Of a DNA stretch of 64,000 nucleotides, positions 26,201 through 38,932 are shown piece after piece (positions within the stretch are counted from its first letter, which is position 1; the number at the start of each line of letters is the position of its first letter). This DNA is from Leptogorgia sarmentosa (lineage: Eukaryota). The translations under genes were made by a program, and so were the position numbers. Below the pieces are notes generated by a model. The model searched no databases and was not told the origin of the DNA. It was given only the letters and a program-made list of their open reading frames with translations. The stretch spans positions 1,798,001-1,862,000 of the forward strand of contig OZ210884.1 in assembly GCA_964658305.1 (NCBI GenBank). Reading direction: 5' to 3'.

Positions 26201-29200
26201 ATGCGATGGTAGAAAATATTTCGTATTACCTTGCGCGGACCTGTTACTGTTTTGTATAGATTTTCCCCCATGATAATTACGGTATCTCTCCCGCTTTTGT
26301 AGATATGATTTTCTATTCTACTTAGCTAAAGAATATCTGCTATTCTCTTGTTATCAGTTGACAATTATAGCATCTCTTCTTTTGGGGTAGGATGCAACAC
26401 GCACAGGTCGAAATAGCTGCATATTAACTATAAATGTGATTGTCATTCGCTGTACTTTTGGTGATTTGATGATATTCCGTACCCAAACGTCCCAATTTTA
26501 CAAAATTTACAGTATGGCTCTTTCCTGCTTGCCTATAATGTTCATTTTCCTAATCACAAATGGTATTGGTCTCGCAAACAAATGTTATGATTACATATAT
26601 TAATGTATCTATATGAATGGTGCTCTGTACATAAAAGAAAAACTTCTTCAGGCATATGGATGTATGAAAAATGATGTGTAGCTATCTATAATTATACTGA
26701 TCTGAATGTCATAATGTCAAATATCTGTGTATATACGAGTTCATTCAAATCTATTTTTATATATGATAAAATGTAAATATATTTATGTATATAGACTTTA
26801 ATTATAAAAAGGAGTTTAATGCACAATTAATAAATAATCCGCAATGCCATGCATATTTTGGGACAATGTGATAAAAATGTGTCAAATTATTTACAAAGCA
26901 ACACAGGTAAAATTTGTAAACTAGTTTTGTTCTCAAAAGACTGGACTGATTTCAGCTGAAATATTCGTTTTCTGCGCAAGTTATATACATCTGTACAGCT
27001 TTCGGAAAATTAAAATTAATAGCTCTACTGTAAAAAGTAAAGGGCCATTAATGTTGACCCCATGGCGCCGTTTTGTTCTTTTAAAGTGCTAGTCAAATTG
27101 GCCCTACTGTAGCGAGTGGCTGTATAGCTATAGCTATTGTAGCTAACAATGTCAAAAGGGCGTAATTAAAATTTAAATCCCGTGGAGTTCTTTATGTAGG
27201 ACAGCAGTCAGTCAACACAACATGACTGTGAAATGCAAAAAGCCAGTATAGGTTAATTACAATTTTAAGATCACACGCAAAGTGAATCCATGCAGCTTTT
27301 GCCTTTGGATGCTTTACTGACATGAATAAATTTATGTTGAATATTGAAACTCAAACTATTTTCAAATGCTTTATACATATTTCATTCTGTTAAATAATAT
27401 CTTCTATACAACTATAAGGTTCGCTTAACATCAACCACCTTGGTCGTTCATGAATACGCCAAGCGGACAGGAGTAGAAACATGTGTAATTTCTCATCTTT
27501 GGTACCATAAAGTTGATAGATATATAAACGATATGTTTTCTCGAATAACTTATTAAGTCAAGTCAATCAGAAAAGGCAAATGATTTTTGAATATTTCACT
27601 CGCATTTCACAACATATTAGAAAGTTTTATTTACTTCTGGTTGACATTTTGACATAAAATGGTTGTGAATCAATTCATAACTCACAACACGTAGAATAAT
27701 AACTTTTAGCACGTAGCCCATAATAGCTTGAAAAATATATCATATATATAATCTCGAAAAATATCTGAATTTTGCATTTTAGCCAACATGTTATCACAAA
27801 GCGACAAGCGTACTACGTGAGGCTGTCGACCAGAGTGGTGGTTAAAAAACAAGGATCAACATGCACAAAAACGGGCTTTTGGTTAGCAGGTCGAATAAGA
27901 TGTCGGTAAGTATAATTATTCATTGAACACGCATTACATCTCAATTTCAAGTTGTCCATTGAGAATTAAAGCCCTGTTGTGCCACGTGAGCATGAAATTA
28001 ATCATGATATTACGCCTTACGTCATCATTTAGCGAGCCCGCGTTCTTTTTGCAATGTTCCCCGTGGAACATGGGTGGAACATTATTCGTGTAAACCACGC
28101 GAGACAACACGCACGACTCCAGCACCCAGATTCCACCAGAAGACAATTTTTACTTTGTTTGGCGCGGCCGATTGAGCTCTAATTTAATTGGTTGAAAATC
28201 ATTACACAAAAATAATGGCACTGTAATAACACAAAATTCCACTGTTGTTACATTATTGCACCGTTATAATTAACAATGTGGTATAATTAACCAGCAAAGT
28301 ATAGTAGTATAGTAGTGTTAACAATTAATGTTTTTACCAGTATATACCACGATTCATGAGAATAAAATTTAGGCCTTCATAGAACGTCTTTGGGGGACGA
28401 GACGAAGTGGTTGAAAATACCTGGCATGAAATTAACCAATTACATGCAATTGACTAATAAATTTATGTGTGTTGTTTGGCTACAGTATGTACTGTAACCA
28501 TTATTTATTTCATATTCATTTTTTTCCAGAACTTTTTACCGCGCTGCCTACGAAATTGTGTACAAGAATGTCACAAAATATCGAACAATTTATGTCTGCA
28601 GAAGTGGTTACAAAGAGATTAATGGTGATTGTGAGCGTAAGTTGATTTGGTCGTTAAAATGCTGAGTAAACATAATATTTTCTCGATGTATGTCAAAAAC
28701 AAACTTCTCTCTGCGATCCAGCTGAATAAGATCAATGAGTGGTCACTGAATTTAATAATTTTTTTTTCACTTTTTTTGTTCCCGGAATGATAATTTTCGT
28801 GAAAAAACGAGCTTAGCTCTATAAGTATTGGAACTTTCCTATCTGCGATCCAACTGAATTGGGTCGCTATATCCGGCAAGTCTTGTTGAGATTTACGTTC
28901 TTAAACCTGAGCGAAAAGCACCTAAATTGTAAAATATTATAAAATCTCGAAGGATTATGATTTATGAAGAGTTTGTCTTTTATTGTATAGGAATAAGTAA
29001 CAATAACATGCGTTTAACATGAAGTCACTATAAACCTGTTTCATTTTTTGTTTTCAATTGTTTGGCGTTATTCATGTTTCAAAATTTCAATGGAATCCAC
29101 GCAACATGCGCTTGAAAAGCTTTTTATGTTTAATTTTGTACAGCCGATTGTGGTTATGGATGTAAGAATGGAGGGAGTTGTGTAGCTGCTGACTCATGCA

Positions 29201-32200
29201 GCTGTAAGGCAGGTTGGACTGGAAACCGCTGTCAAAGTGGTAAGGATTGTTTATTCGTTATTGTTTAGGGCGCGTACAATAGACCTGTGAGTATCGGAAG
29301 CATGCGGGAATAAATTTAACACATATCTATGATTTATATGCACGGAAAAACCCAAACCGTGTGGCGTAAGCACTTCAATGGTCTATAAATTGTGTTTTAA
29401 TAACTACCGAAAAATACGCAGTTATATATTTTTCCATATCTTGTAGCGAATATAACAATCACGTGATCATTTCCTGTCAATATTTTGTTTAAAATGACGA
29501 CGTTCGTCTAGGAGCGGCGAACCAATTTTTAATCTAAGAAAATTGGCCAGCGAATACTGTTTCAGTCACGCGTGTCCTATATCTGTCGTATTCAATCTTT
29601 AGTGAAAATAGTTTTAGAGTTCAAAAAAGTGTTTTTCTGTTCTTGTAGTAAATCACAGTTAAAAGTATCCGTATCGAATCATATAGAATGAACGGGTTTC
29701 TGACAACTAATCAAAACGGTTCCCATTATTTTAAATTTGGACGACAGCCAAACTTTTCAATACAGATTGTAATGATGTAGCTACAGCTATTTAGAGGGTA
29801 TTCATGGAGATATATCAGGTTTAATCGAATTATCTTGGTTAATTCGCATGTATTTGCATAGCTGTTTGTAGTTATGGATGTCAAAATGGCGGAAGCTGTG
29901 TAAGTGCTGGAACATGTCGCTGCGTTACAGGTTGGACAGGAGACAGGTGTCAAAATGGTAAATTTCTTTTCTTCTTTTTTGTTATTAATACTTTAGTTTA
30001 GAGGGAAATTCCCACATAATACATCCTCTTTTTTCCACATCCACATCGGGCGAAAATGCTGGTAAAGGCTAAAAAGGGAAAATTCCTTTTAATTGCAAAG
30101 ACGACAAAACACCACTGAAGTAGGCGAAGAAGAAATATATGTTATTTACCAGCTGGGAGGTCCGTACTGGAAAATATTGTGTCGAGGTGTCAAAAACGGC
30201 CCGAGGCCGAGTCCGAAGGCCGAGGGACGTTTTTGAGACCGAGACAAAATATTTTCCAGTGCGGACCGACCTAAATGGTAAATAACTTATTTATTTTTTT
30301 CTGCTCGAAGCTATAATAAAACTCATAAGAAATTCCAGTGTTGCGAAGTAGATTTGAGATCAGTTGTGTTTGTTTACTTTGCTACTCTATCGCAAGTATG
30401 GCTGCTAAACAGCCAAGACGAAGTGAAAAAAAACCATTCAATATTGACGCATTTGCTTCAATATTGACGCTTTCCCACTCAACATTACTACGAAAAAGGT
30501 AAACTTATTAAAATTATTTATTTTCCCATTCGTTTCACGATACAAACATGGTTAAATTACGCTTTAGACACCGAAATATTTCGCCGAGAATGTTTTTGTT
30601 TTGTTCGTTTTGAATGTTTTAAAAAGCGGCCATTTAATTTTAATAACAAAAACATTGACCATATTTGTATCTACGAGAATGCGAGCGGTCCGTACCGTAG
30701 GATACAGACCTCTCGGAAAAAAATAATACTTCATTATTATTTCTGGCTAATAGAAATTAGGATGCATCTACTTAAAATAAATAAATTCCAACCTCGTTCC
30801 TTGTTCTGTGCATTTTATCAACGTAACATTATTTTCTTGATCACCTCTATTTGTACTTTAGATATACGGTGATTGTCGTGTTGTAATAATGCCAATTCCT
30901 ATAGTATAATGTTTTGTCTAAAGATAGAGAGTGTATCACTAGTATATTTTATATATTTATTTAAAATATTTTATCTTTTGAAAATTTTTATCGTAAACAA
31001 AGTCTGCAGCATATTAACTGTAAAATCAAAACGATAGCATATAATGTGAATTGATAATACGTAGCTTGGCTCATGGCTGTCGAATTACATTCAAATATTT
31101 TGAGAGTGACATCTTGTGCTCTTTATGTATTTCTTTACAGCCTATTGTGGTCGTGAGGGATGTCAAAATGGTGGAATCTGTACAGGAGCTTACACATGTC
31201 GGTGCGCGCCGGGATGGACTGGAACCAAGTGTCAGAATGGTAATGTTCATTGTGTTTGCCCTTCATGACAGTCCGCCATATTTTTGAGATCAGTAATGAG
31301 CACCAAACCTACCTTGACCCAAAATGGCGGCGAAATGACTTTCAACTCCGCTATGCTCTCCTTTACCCGGGTGTAAATACCCGTGCGGAATTATTACCCT
31401 CGCCCCCGGCTAACGCCCGGGCGGCGCTTCGCCCTGTGGCACGGGGATAAATCTTTTTTTTCTCATTAATATTACAGTGTGATATATCACTTTCTGTTAC
31501 TTACTTTGAACAAACTATATTTTTATAGCAGTATTTTATTTCGTTTCCCTGTGCCTGACGAATTATATTCTTCGTTTATTGTTAATTTTAAACAAAACCA
31601 TTGGAGTGTGGGGTTTGAGTTGGTTTGGAATTTTTTAAACTAATTATTTACTTCCAAAAATTCACCTGGCTTTCTCTATCTCACACGCTAATAAAGTATT
31701 GAATTAAACCGCGCCTTTGTTTTGTATGCGATAGCTATACACTGGCAACACAAAATTATAAAGAAATATGGTATTCCCGAAATGTACGGATTTACCGAAA
31801 AACGTCGTAGACGAAATTTGTCAGTAATTTCATACATTTTTCTTCTTTCATAATAGAGGCAGACGATAAAGAGAATTCGAATTCTGGCAACGACGCAAGT
31901 TCAAAATCGAGTCAAAATGATAGCGGTTTTAACCCAAATCTCTTTTCTCTCTTAGTACTAGTCCCTCCTATCTTGGCTTTAGGTAATTAATTTATATAGA
32001 ATTCAAAATAATTTATACTGTAAGCTTTCTTGCCAACTGCATTATACGCCCATTAATGTCATAACGGGTTACGTTTTCATATGTACTTGACAAAAAAATC
32101 TAGATTATAAACCATCCCATGTCAAATATCGGAAAAAGTGCAATTTTTGAACATGAATTCTTTCGAAGAAAAAGATCGTTGCACAAGTTAACCTTTTCTT

Positions 32201-32608
32201 ATCAAGATTTTTTTAAAATAACCTGAGCTTAAAATCTTGTGACAAAGTTGGTTGAAAACAACTACAGTGCATTGTTATTGCCTAGAAAATGATTTTAATG
32301 TGTCGACTTTCTTGCAAAAAACTTAGAAATGCTCCTGATTTGAAAGATAAATGAGATATCTCGCAGAAAAATCTACTTATTGTTTAGCAGAATAATTCAT
32401 TAGCCAACCCTGGCTTTAAAACTGCAGCAGCTATAACCAAGCATTAGCATTTTTACATCCTAGCTTCTTATGAATGACAAGCTCCTTGGAAGAGCTTGGT
32501 GCATTTTTCGCGCTCAGAGATAAATGCTAATAATTAATCGTTTTCATTACTTTCACAGGCTATGCGGCCAGAAAATATCTCAAAAAACGTGGACAAAGTC
32601 AGGCATAG
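23232..32608 (+). CDS. EGF-repeat single-pass membrane protein (signal peptide, partial EMI-like segment, 3 EGF, linker, TM, short basic tail), 217 aa; copy B
   Basis: Exons 23232-23311 (MAKTTFLFFCLVGICCIANLKAVKPGG), 28530-28636 (TFYRAAYEIVYKNVTKYRTIYVCRSGYKEINGDCE), 29144-29239, 29862-29957, 31141-31239 (three CxxxCxNGGxC...CxCxxGWTGxxC EGFs), 31857-31982, 32559-32608. All GT-AG, phases compatible, 654 nt open. Confidence 0.85.
24354..26374. repeat. About 1-kb head-to-tail tandem duplication in intron 1 of copy B
   Basis: 24354-25348 and 25349-26374 both start AGGTAGTCATGCATAAG and end ATTATAGCATC, with scattered substitutions and small indels. Confidence 0.9.
30136..30724. mobile_element. 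Non-autonomous insertion with about 160-bp terminal hairpin
   Basis: Present in the copy B intron and absent at the equivalent site of copy C (about 46327). It begins with an imperfect palindrome TTATTTACC...GGTAAATAA. Superfamily not assigned. Confidence 0.6.
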
Positions 32609-34439
32609 CATAATCAAGCCGTTGGCAACCAGCACATAAATGTTAACAAGCCATGCATGAACCGAGGATATTAAATGGAAAACATGGATATTGTTGCTGA
32701 AAAGCACAGTGCATGCGTAATATAGCCGCTGCGTTAGACATGTAGCCGTTCAATTATGTTAATTTTTCCTCATCTTTTTACTTTCAATTGACTGGTTGTA
32801 TTTGTCAATCATAGCTTTTCTAATACAATTTATGTACCTTGTATATGTACTAACATGGTACGTCCACCCTCCCCCCCTCCCCCCTGCATATATTACTTTC
32901 AGTTAGAGCTCTGTTACCTACCATGTAAATCAGACGTCACTAGGCTGTTGAAGCAGAGTGGGGACACCAAAAACGTGAAAGGGCAATATCTCTACCGGAA
33001 GTTGTTATTAACTTGAAAGTGTGTGCATAACGCTACTTTGAGCTGTTCAGGGCGGTCCAAATGTAACATAGGAAATTTTTTTCCATCTAATATAATATAA
33101 CATTATTTTCTCCAGTCGTCATAACATAATCGTAAAGAGTATTTTTCAAGGGAAAATTTCTCTTTTTCATAATCCATAAGTGCCGAGGACATGTTTATTC
33201 TTTGTTAAGTTTTATGGTTATCCAATGCGGCTACGGCAAACTCTCAAACAAATAGTAGATAGTATTGTAAATGGGCAAAACAAAAGTTAGCTGCCGACAA
33301 TATATTTAATAACGAACTTATCTTGTCAGTTGTGTTTCGATCCATAGTCGTTTGTTCCTCTTTCTCAGCGTTTTATATCTTCTGAGAAGGCTTTCCAAGT
33401 CTTACAGCGCAGATCTTGTATTTGTTTTCGCCTTTCCAAAAGCTTTAAGAAGCTTCGGCTCTTCATGATAGTCCGGCATAATTTTGAGATCAGTGATGAC
33501 CACGCCCTTACACGGTAACCCAAAATGGCGGCGAACTGACTTTCAACTCCGCTATGCTCTCCTTTACCCTTGTACGTAAATAGCCGTGCGGAATTATTAC
33601 CCTCGCGCCGGGATAACGCCTGGACGCCGTGGCTCCGGGAAAATACTCAACATTTACGTGCAAATGCAATAGCAAACCTATTACGAACAAAAATGTTTTT
33701 ATTGTCATTAAATCATTGTCAGAATTATGGCAATCCAAGACGATATAGAATAAATTACGAAACCGATCAACACATAAACGGAATCCGCAAGTGAACATTC
33801 CTATGTAATTGGAATGTACTTCAACTTAAGTGAATAATTGCATGCACCAATTATACCTCTGATACGCTCACGCACAGCGATATTCATCCTGTTATTACAG
33901 CCTTTCAAATCCATGCCAGTAAAGCAACATTTTATATATTTCGCTTTTATTAACCAAACTAACTTAGGCGCGCGGAACTACCATAACTATTGCAATTGTT
34001 ATGATAACGTAAGGTAGCTATTTCTATAGGTCGGTCATTTTACCAATCATGGTGCTGTTAATAACATGTTTTACGAGAACTATAAAAAGTTTCGGTCGAA
34101 ATCACATTTTTACACTTCTGCCCTGGGTATAAACAAAGGTACATAACAAAATAAATGCGCATTAAAGTGAAGTTCGTCCGCTCCCGAGTGCCAGAGGGTA
34201 TGAATTTCCAATACGTTTAAAACTAGGTGATTTCGACCGGCAATCGTCTTCAGAAGACGAGGAGTGTATCGGTTTATCCAAGATAAGCTGCGAAGATTAT
34301 CTTGGATAAACTGATACACTGCTGATACACTGCTCGTCTTCTGAAGCCCTTGGTGCGCTGAAATGGATAACACTAGCAGAAAGAAGATTTTATCATAGAT
34401 GTTTATATGTTTATAATTGTATTAATGGTTTTACAGATC

Positions 34440-35490
34440 ATACAATGGAACTTCTAACACAAGATGAAACTTACCGGTACAACCAAAGGAATAAAGACAA
34501 TTTAAGATTACCACGTGTCAAGGGCGTCAATCCATCCCAAACAGTGGGGTGACAAAAATCTGACTGTTGTAAAATACTAATGAAACGTGCCCCTTTCTAG
34601 ACGGGTCTGGGGGCATGCTCCCCCGCAAAATGTTGAAATTTGAAACCTCATTCACAAATGCCATGCATTTTCAGCGTTCTGGGGACGAGTTTTGCTTAAA
34701 TAATTCCGCGGAATTTCATGCCTAAATTATGAGAATTTTTTGTCGATGTCGAATATGAATTATTTGAATACTATTATTTTTAATAAAGCAATAAAGATTT
34801 GAATCGCAAATGAAATGATTTCTTTAACAATTATATCAATTGTACATACAATGATCAATAAAAACAAAAGCAAATTTTTGAACGTGTGTACGTAGCTGAG
34901 GTCCGTTTATTGCCTTTTCCAATTAGGATTTCATTCGCAGAACTATTCGAAGGCTCCGAATAGTTTTCTTCTGATCTCAGATTGTTGATTGTACTTCATG
35001 TCTTTATCTTACTAAAAGTCTTCGTTTCAACCACAATTCACGATGTATAGCATACAGCCATGGGGTTTTAAGAGTACCAAAAACATTTTTTAAACATGAT
35101 GAAAAGTGGGGGGGGGGTAATAATTAGAGTTTCGTCCCCCCCACTTCAAAAAGTTGGGAGGGGGCGTCCCCTGGCCCCATCCCCCGCAGGATTGATTGAT
35201 TGGGGGAAATTTAGAACTTGCTATCATGATGTTAAGGACTGGAACTCATTAATTACGGATATTAGAAACTCAACAAACATCTCTATATTTTTAGGCATAA
35301 GTTTTAATAATTTAATAATTAATATGTGTGTAGATTTTAGATTTCGCACGTACCTTACTGTAGCACTTTATTTATTGTGTTAGGTTAATGTAGTTTGGTT
35401 AAATGTAGTTTAATGGTAATATGTCAGATCCTTTTTGAAAATCATTGTAAAATGAAAAAGTTTGCTGATTAAATATTATTATTATTAATT
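34440..35490 (+). mobile_element. 3' end of a CR1/L2-group LINE interrupted by a hAT-like MITE (about 34519-35195)
   Basis: YRYNQRNKDNLRLPRVK ... DWGKFRTCYHDVKDWNSLITDIRNSTNISIF resembles a LINE ORF2 C-terminus and is followed by a (TAT)n tail at about 35475. The interrupting segment starts CAAGGGCGTCAATCC and ends in a truncated GGATTGA. Confidence 0.7.
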
Positions 35491-36036
35491 TTTAGTAGTA
35501 ACCTTATAGCTACTTGCTTCGTGGCGGCAAAAAATTCGCGAACATAAAATCTCATTCAACAACTGAGACTCCCATGTTTATAACTATGTAAAATTAGCTA
35601 CGTCCATATTATGAAAATAATATTATTTTTGTGAATGAGCGCAACAAATGAATAACATTTCATTTTACCACTAGACGAAGAAATGATTATTAATTTTTGT
35701 TTTTTTATTCAATTTTTTCAACTAATTCGAAAGTTCGTCTATAAAAGTGGAAGGTCCAATACTTAAATTAAAATACCCAACATTTCATGGCCAGAAATGC
35801 GCGACAGTCAGCGGCTAGGACAACGGGCGCTTAATTGACAACAGACCATGCGCAATACGATGAAGGACTTTCAATGGATAATTTAAATTGCAAATCCCCT
35901 GTTTACAAGGCTTTGGACCTAAATTTTGTGCTAGAAATATGGACACGTTTGGGGCTAAAAGGAACCCCTTTCTGTGGACTTTTAAACATTACAAATGGTT
36001 TAAACTTGTAGCGGAACTTTCAAACTTTAAAATACG

Positions 36037-38293
36037 CACTGCAAAAAATGTCATTTACGATTTGTGTATTGATAACACAAATTGTGTGTAAATCGTGGTT
36101 TTTACACATAATAATGTGTCAAAATTACACACAATCTTTAACACCACACAGTGTGTTATATAAACACAAATGTCAGTGTAAAATTACACAAAACAGTAAT
36201 TTACACAAACCTTGTGCAAACCTTTACACAAATAATTGTGTATAGTTACACAATTATGTGTAATCGATCTTACACATTATTTTGTGTTTAAGATTACACA
36301 AAAAAATGTGTAAAGCTTCATTGTGTATCGTAACTTACACAAAACGTGTGTATTCATACAATCAATTTACACAGGCTTTGGGCATCTACAACACAAGTGA
36401 TATTTACACAAATGGATGTGTAACGTAAATCATAAATGTTATGGTGGCCTTAGAGATTGACGTCTACAGATTTTCATGTCCAAAATTTTCATGTTCAATC
36501 TTTTGGAGAAAGATACTGAACAAAGTAGTGAAGATGGTGCAGATAATGAGACTGAATGTTCAGAAGGTATGTATATTGTACATAAATAATGTAGTCATAG
36601 TCAAGCTTTACATGCTCACTCAAGACATCTTAATGCATTCACTCCATACGAGTCCGACCAGTGCCTTGACTCTTATTGACTCAAGTCAATGGGTTCATTT
36701 TCAATTAAATGTTTGTTAGGCTACCAAATTAACCACTTAATGTAATGAAATGTTTATGGTTGGGAATTTCGGTAGCTAAAACCTAGGTAGGGTCAGGTAT
36801 GCAGAAATACACATACTTCTTTCATTGGCCTCAAGAGAAGTTGGTAGTTGAGCCACAAAGTTGTCGAGCCAGCTAACAGCAATCAAGTTATTAGTCACTG
36901 GTTGACAAGCCTGCACAGTACCACTATTAGAACTTGATATATTTCTATTGCCTTATGCAGATAAAGTGACAACAGTTGCAATTTCCCTCCTTGCCCATAT
37001 ATTGGCCAAGAAGTCAACTAAATGTGATTATATGATGATCCAGTTTACGGAGGTAATTTGAGGGATTCTAATTCAAACTTTGAATTACTTGTAATTCAAA
37101 CTTTGAATTATTTGAAGTTTTAGGTGTTTAATAATCTGATTTAAATATCTTACTTTTTTATGATTTGTACCTAATTTACCACTAATTTGTTTCTTGTAGC
37201 CAGATATGCCGTTTCAACAATCAGCAGAGGCACTCACATCCCCATGCCCGAGAATACTTGTTCAAGGAACACTTGAATACCCGGGAAACATGGCCCTTGT
37301 TGCTGAGAAATCTGTGGTTTGTAATGTGTCAACTTTGGAGGATGGTGTTCTTTGTTTTATGGCTGCATGCTACATTATTATGTTTGAGTATCCACCTAGC
37401 ATACGGGGAGCATGCACCTATTTACAGAGGTGTTGCTTAGATATACACGATGGTAAGAAACTTCCAGCAACTGTTATTACATTCATAAACAAACTAGAAG
37501 AAAAGAAGGTCCAAGAATAGTTGGTTGTCTATTGGAAATTTAATCTATTTGAAGTGTTCACCTTATCCATATATAAATTCTTTAACATTTTCAATTATTT
37601 AAGACATCGTTTTAAAATGTTAAATCTTGTGCCTTTAAAAAGGAAATCATTGGCCCTTGGATATATAAAAACCACCAACTGAACATAGTAAGTAATTTCA
37701 AAAGTAAGAGATTGAAGTAACACTTGAGTAAATTTATGCAATTCTTTTTACCATTAAATAACTTGTTGTGCGCATGTGCTTGGCCATGCACTATGGGTCA
37801 GTTGGCAGTGATTTCCATTAGGGGATCACACATAATTATTATTTATTTGTATAAATATTACTTATTTATAATATTACTTATTTATATTACTTATTTATAA
37901 CATTATTTATTTATACTTCATGTATATTTGTTGATGGTATATATAAAAATCTTTGTTTTATAAAGTTGAAAGTGATTTCATGTGTAATATTACAATTGCA
38001 TTGCATAAAGATGCATATATTTACACAAAATAAAGTGTAATATTGTTGATGCATTTTATCTGTTTCAGTGTACCCAGTATTTGGTGTAAGCTTTACACAA
38101 AACTTTGTGTAAAGTGCAATCTTACACCTAATAGTGTGTTATTACTGGTGCATTTTGTTCAAGACGATTTACACAATATACGGTGTAAAAATTACACAAC
38201 TGTGTGTAACTACATTACACATGATATTGTGTTACTACTGGTGCATTATTTACACCACATATTGTGTATATTTACACAACTTTTTTTGCAGTG
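36037..38293 (+). mobile_element. Internally deleted CACTA/EnSpm (CMC) transposon, 2257 bp
   Basis: TIR CACTGCAAAAAA / TTTTTTGCAGTG, 2-bp TSD CG on both sides, dense TTACACA/TGTGTAA subterminal repeats at both ends, no transposase. Confidence 0.9.
36491..37520 (+). CDS. 3' exons of a CACTA accessory protein gene (SAMD3 C-terminus-like)
   Basis: Phase-compatible exons 36491-36566, 36961-37052 and 37200-37520 give ...PCPRILVQG...EDGVLCFMAACYIIMFEYPPSIRGACTYLQRCCLDIHD..., a pattern I recognise from animal EnSpm accessory ORFs. Confidence 0.6.
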
Positions 38294-38744
38294 CGATGTT
38301 GGCAACATTGAAAACCTGAAGAGAAATCAGGGTAATTTTGCCACCAATTCGGGTATTACTGCATAAATTATGGATTTAATACAGCTTATATAAAGGCATA
38401 GTTGCTTCGATAATTATTTTATGCGGAACCAACTTCCCGAATCCTTTGTATTATATAATTTCGTACAGGTTCACGTTGGGTTGTTTTAATCATTTAGAGA
38501 AGTTGGCAAATAGGTTTATGCTCACAATATTAATGCTATTTGTGGAAAATGCATTTTACTGGTATAATCTACTGGTAATAAACGCCATTTTGAATAAATA
38601 CGTATCAGGCTTTGCGCATGCTAAGTAGCTGACTGTCGTGCATTTCAAACCATGTACGTGCAATAGCAAACCTATTACGAACAAAAATGTTTTTATTGTC
38701 ATCAAATCATTGTCATAATTATGGCAGTCCAAGACGATATAGAA

Positions 38745-38932
38745 CCTTTGGGATAAAGCAATACATAATAAAGATAATGCACTGCAGGAGCTTTTACAGA
38801 TAAATTAAATAGACACCTTAGGCTAAGTGGACACGAGTTTGAACTTCCATTAGTGATAACAGAGCGATTTAAAAGTTCTTTTGTAAAGAACGGGTGTTCT
38901 TGAGTATGAATAAAGACTGTTAGTATTATTAT
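38745..38932 (+). mobile_element. 5'-truncated L2-like LINE 3' end
   Basis: Insertion relative to the sister repeat at about 33745. Encodes HEFELPLVITERFKSSF, has AATAAA plus a (TAT)n tail, and is flanked by TAGAA repeats. Confidence 0.7.

Noticed and set aside
34222..34256. Minus-strand CTGAAGA-stem-GAAA resembling a hammerhead ribozyme core
   Set aside because: Stem II is plausible, but I could not close stems I and III or find the cleavage triplet; at best degenerate.
36048..38366. Regularly recurring TTACACA motifs and Cys/His/Tyr-rich ORFs (CRISPR-like or zinc-finger-like look)
   Set aside because: These are CACTA subterminal repeats in both orientations; there is no constant repeat-spacer structure and the DNA is eukaryotic.
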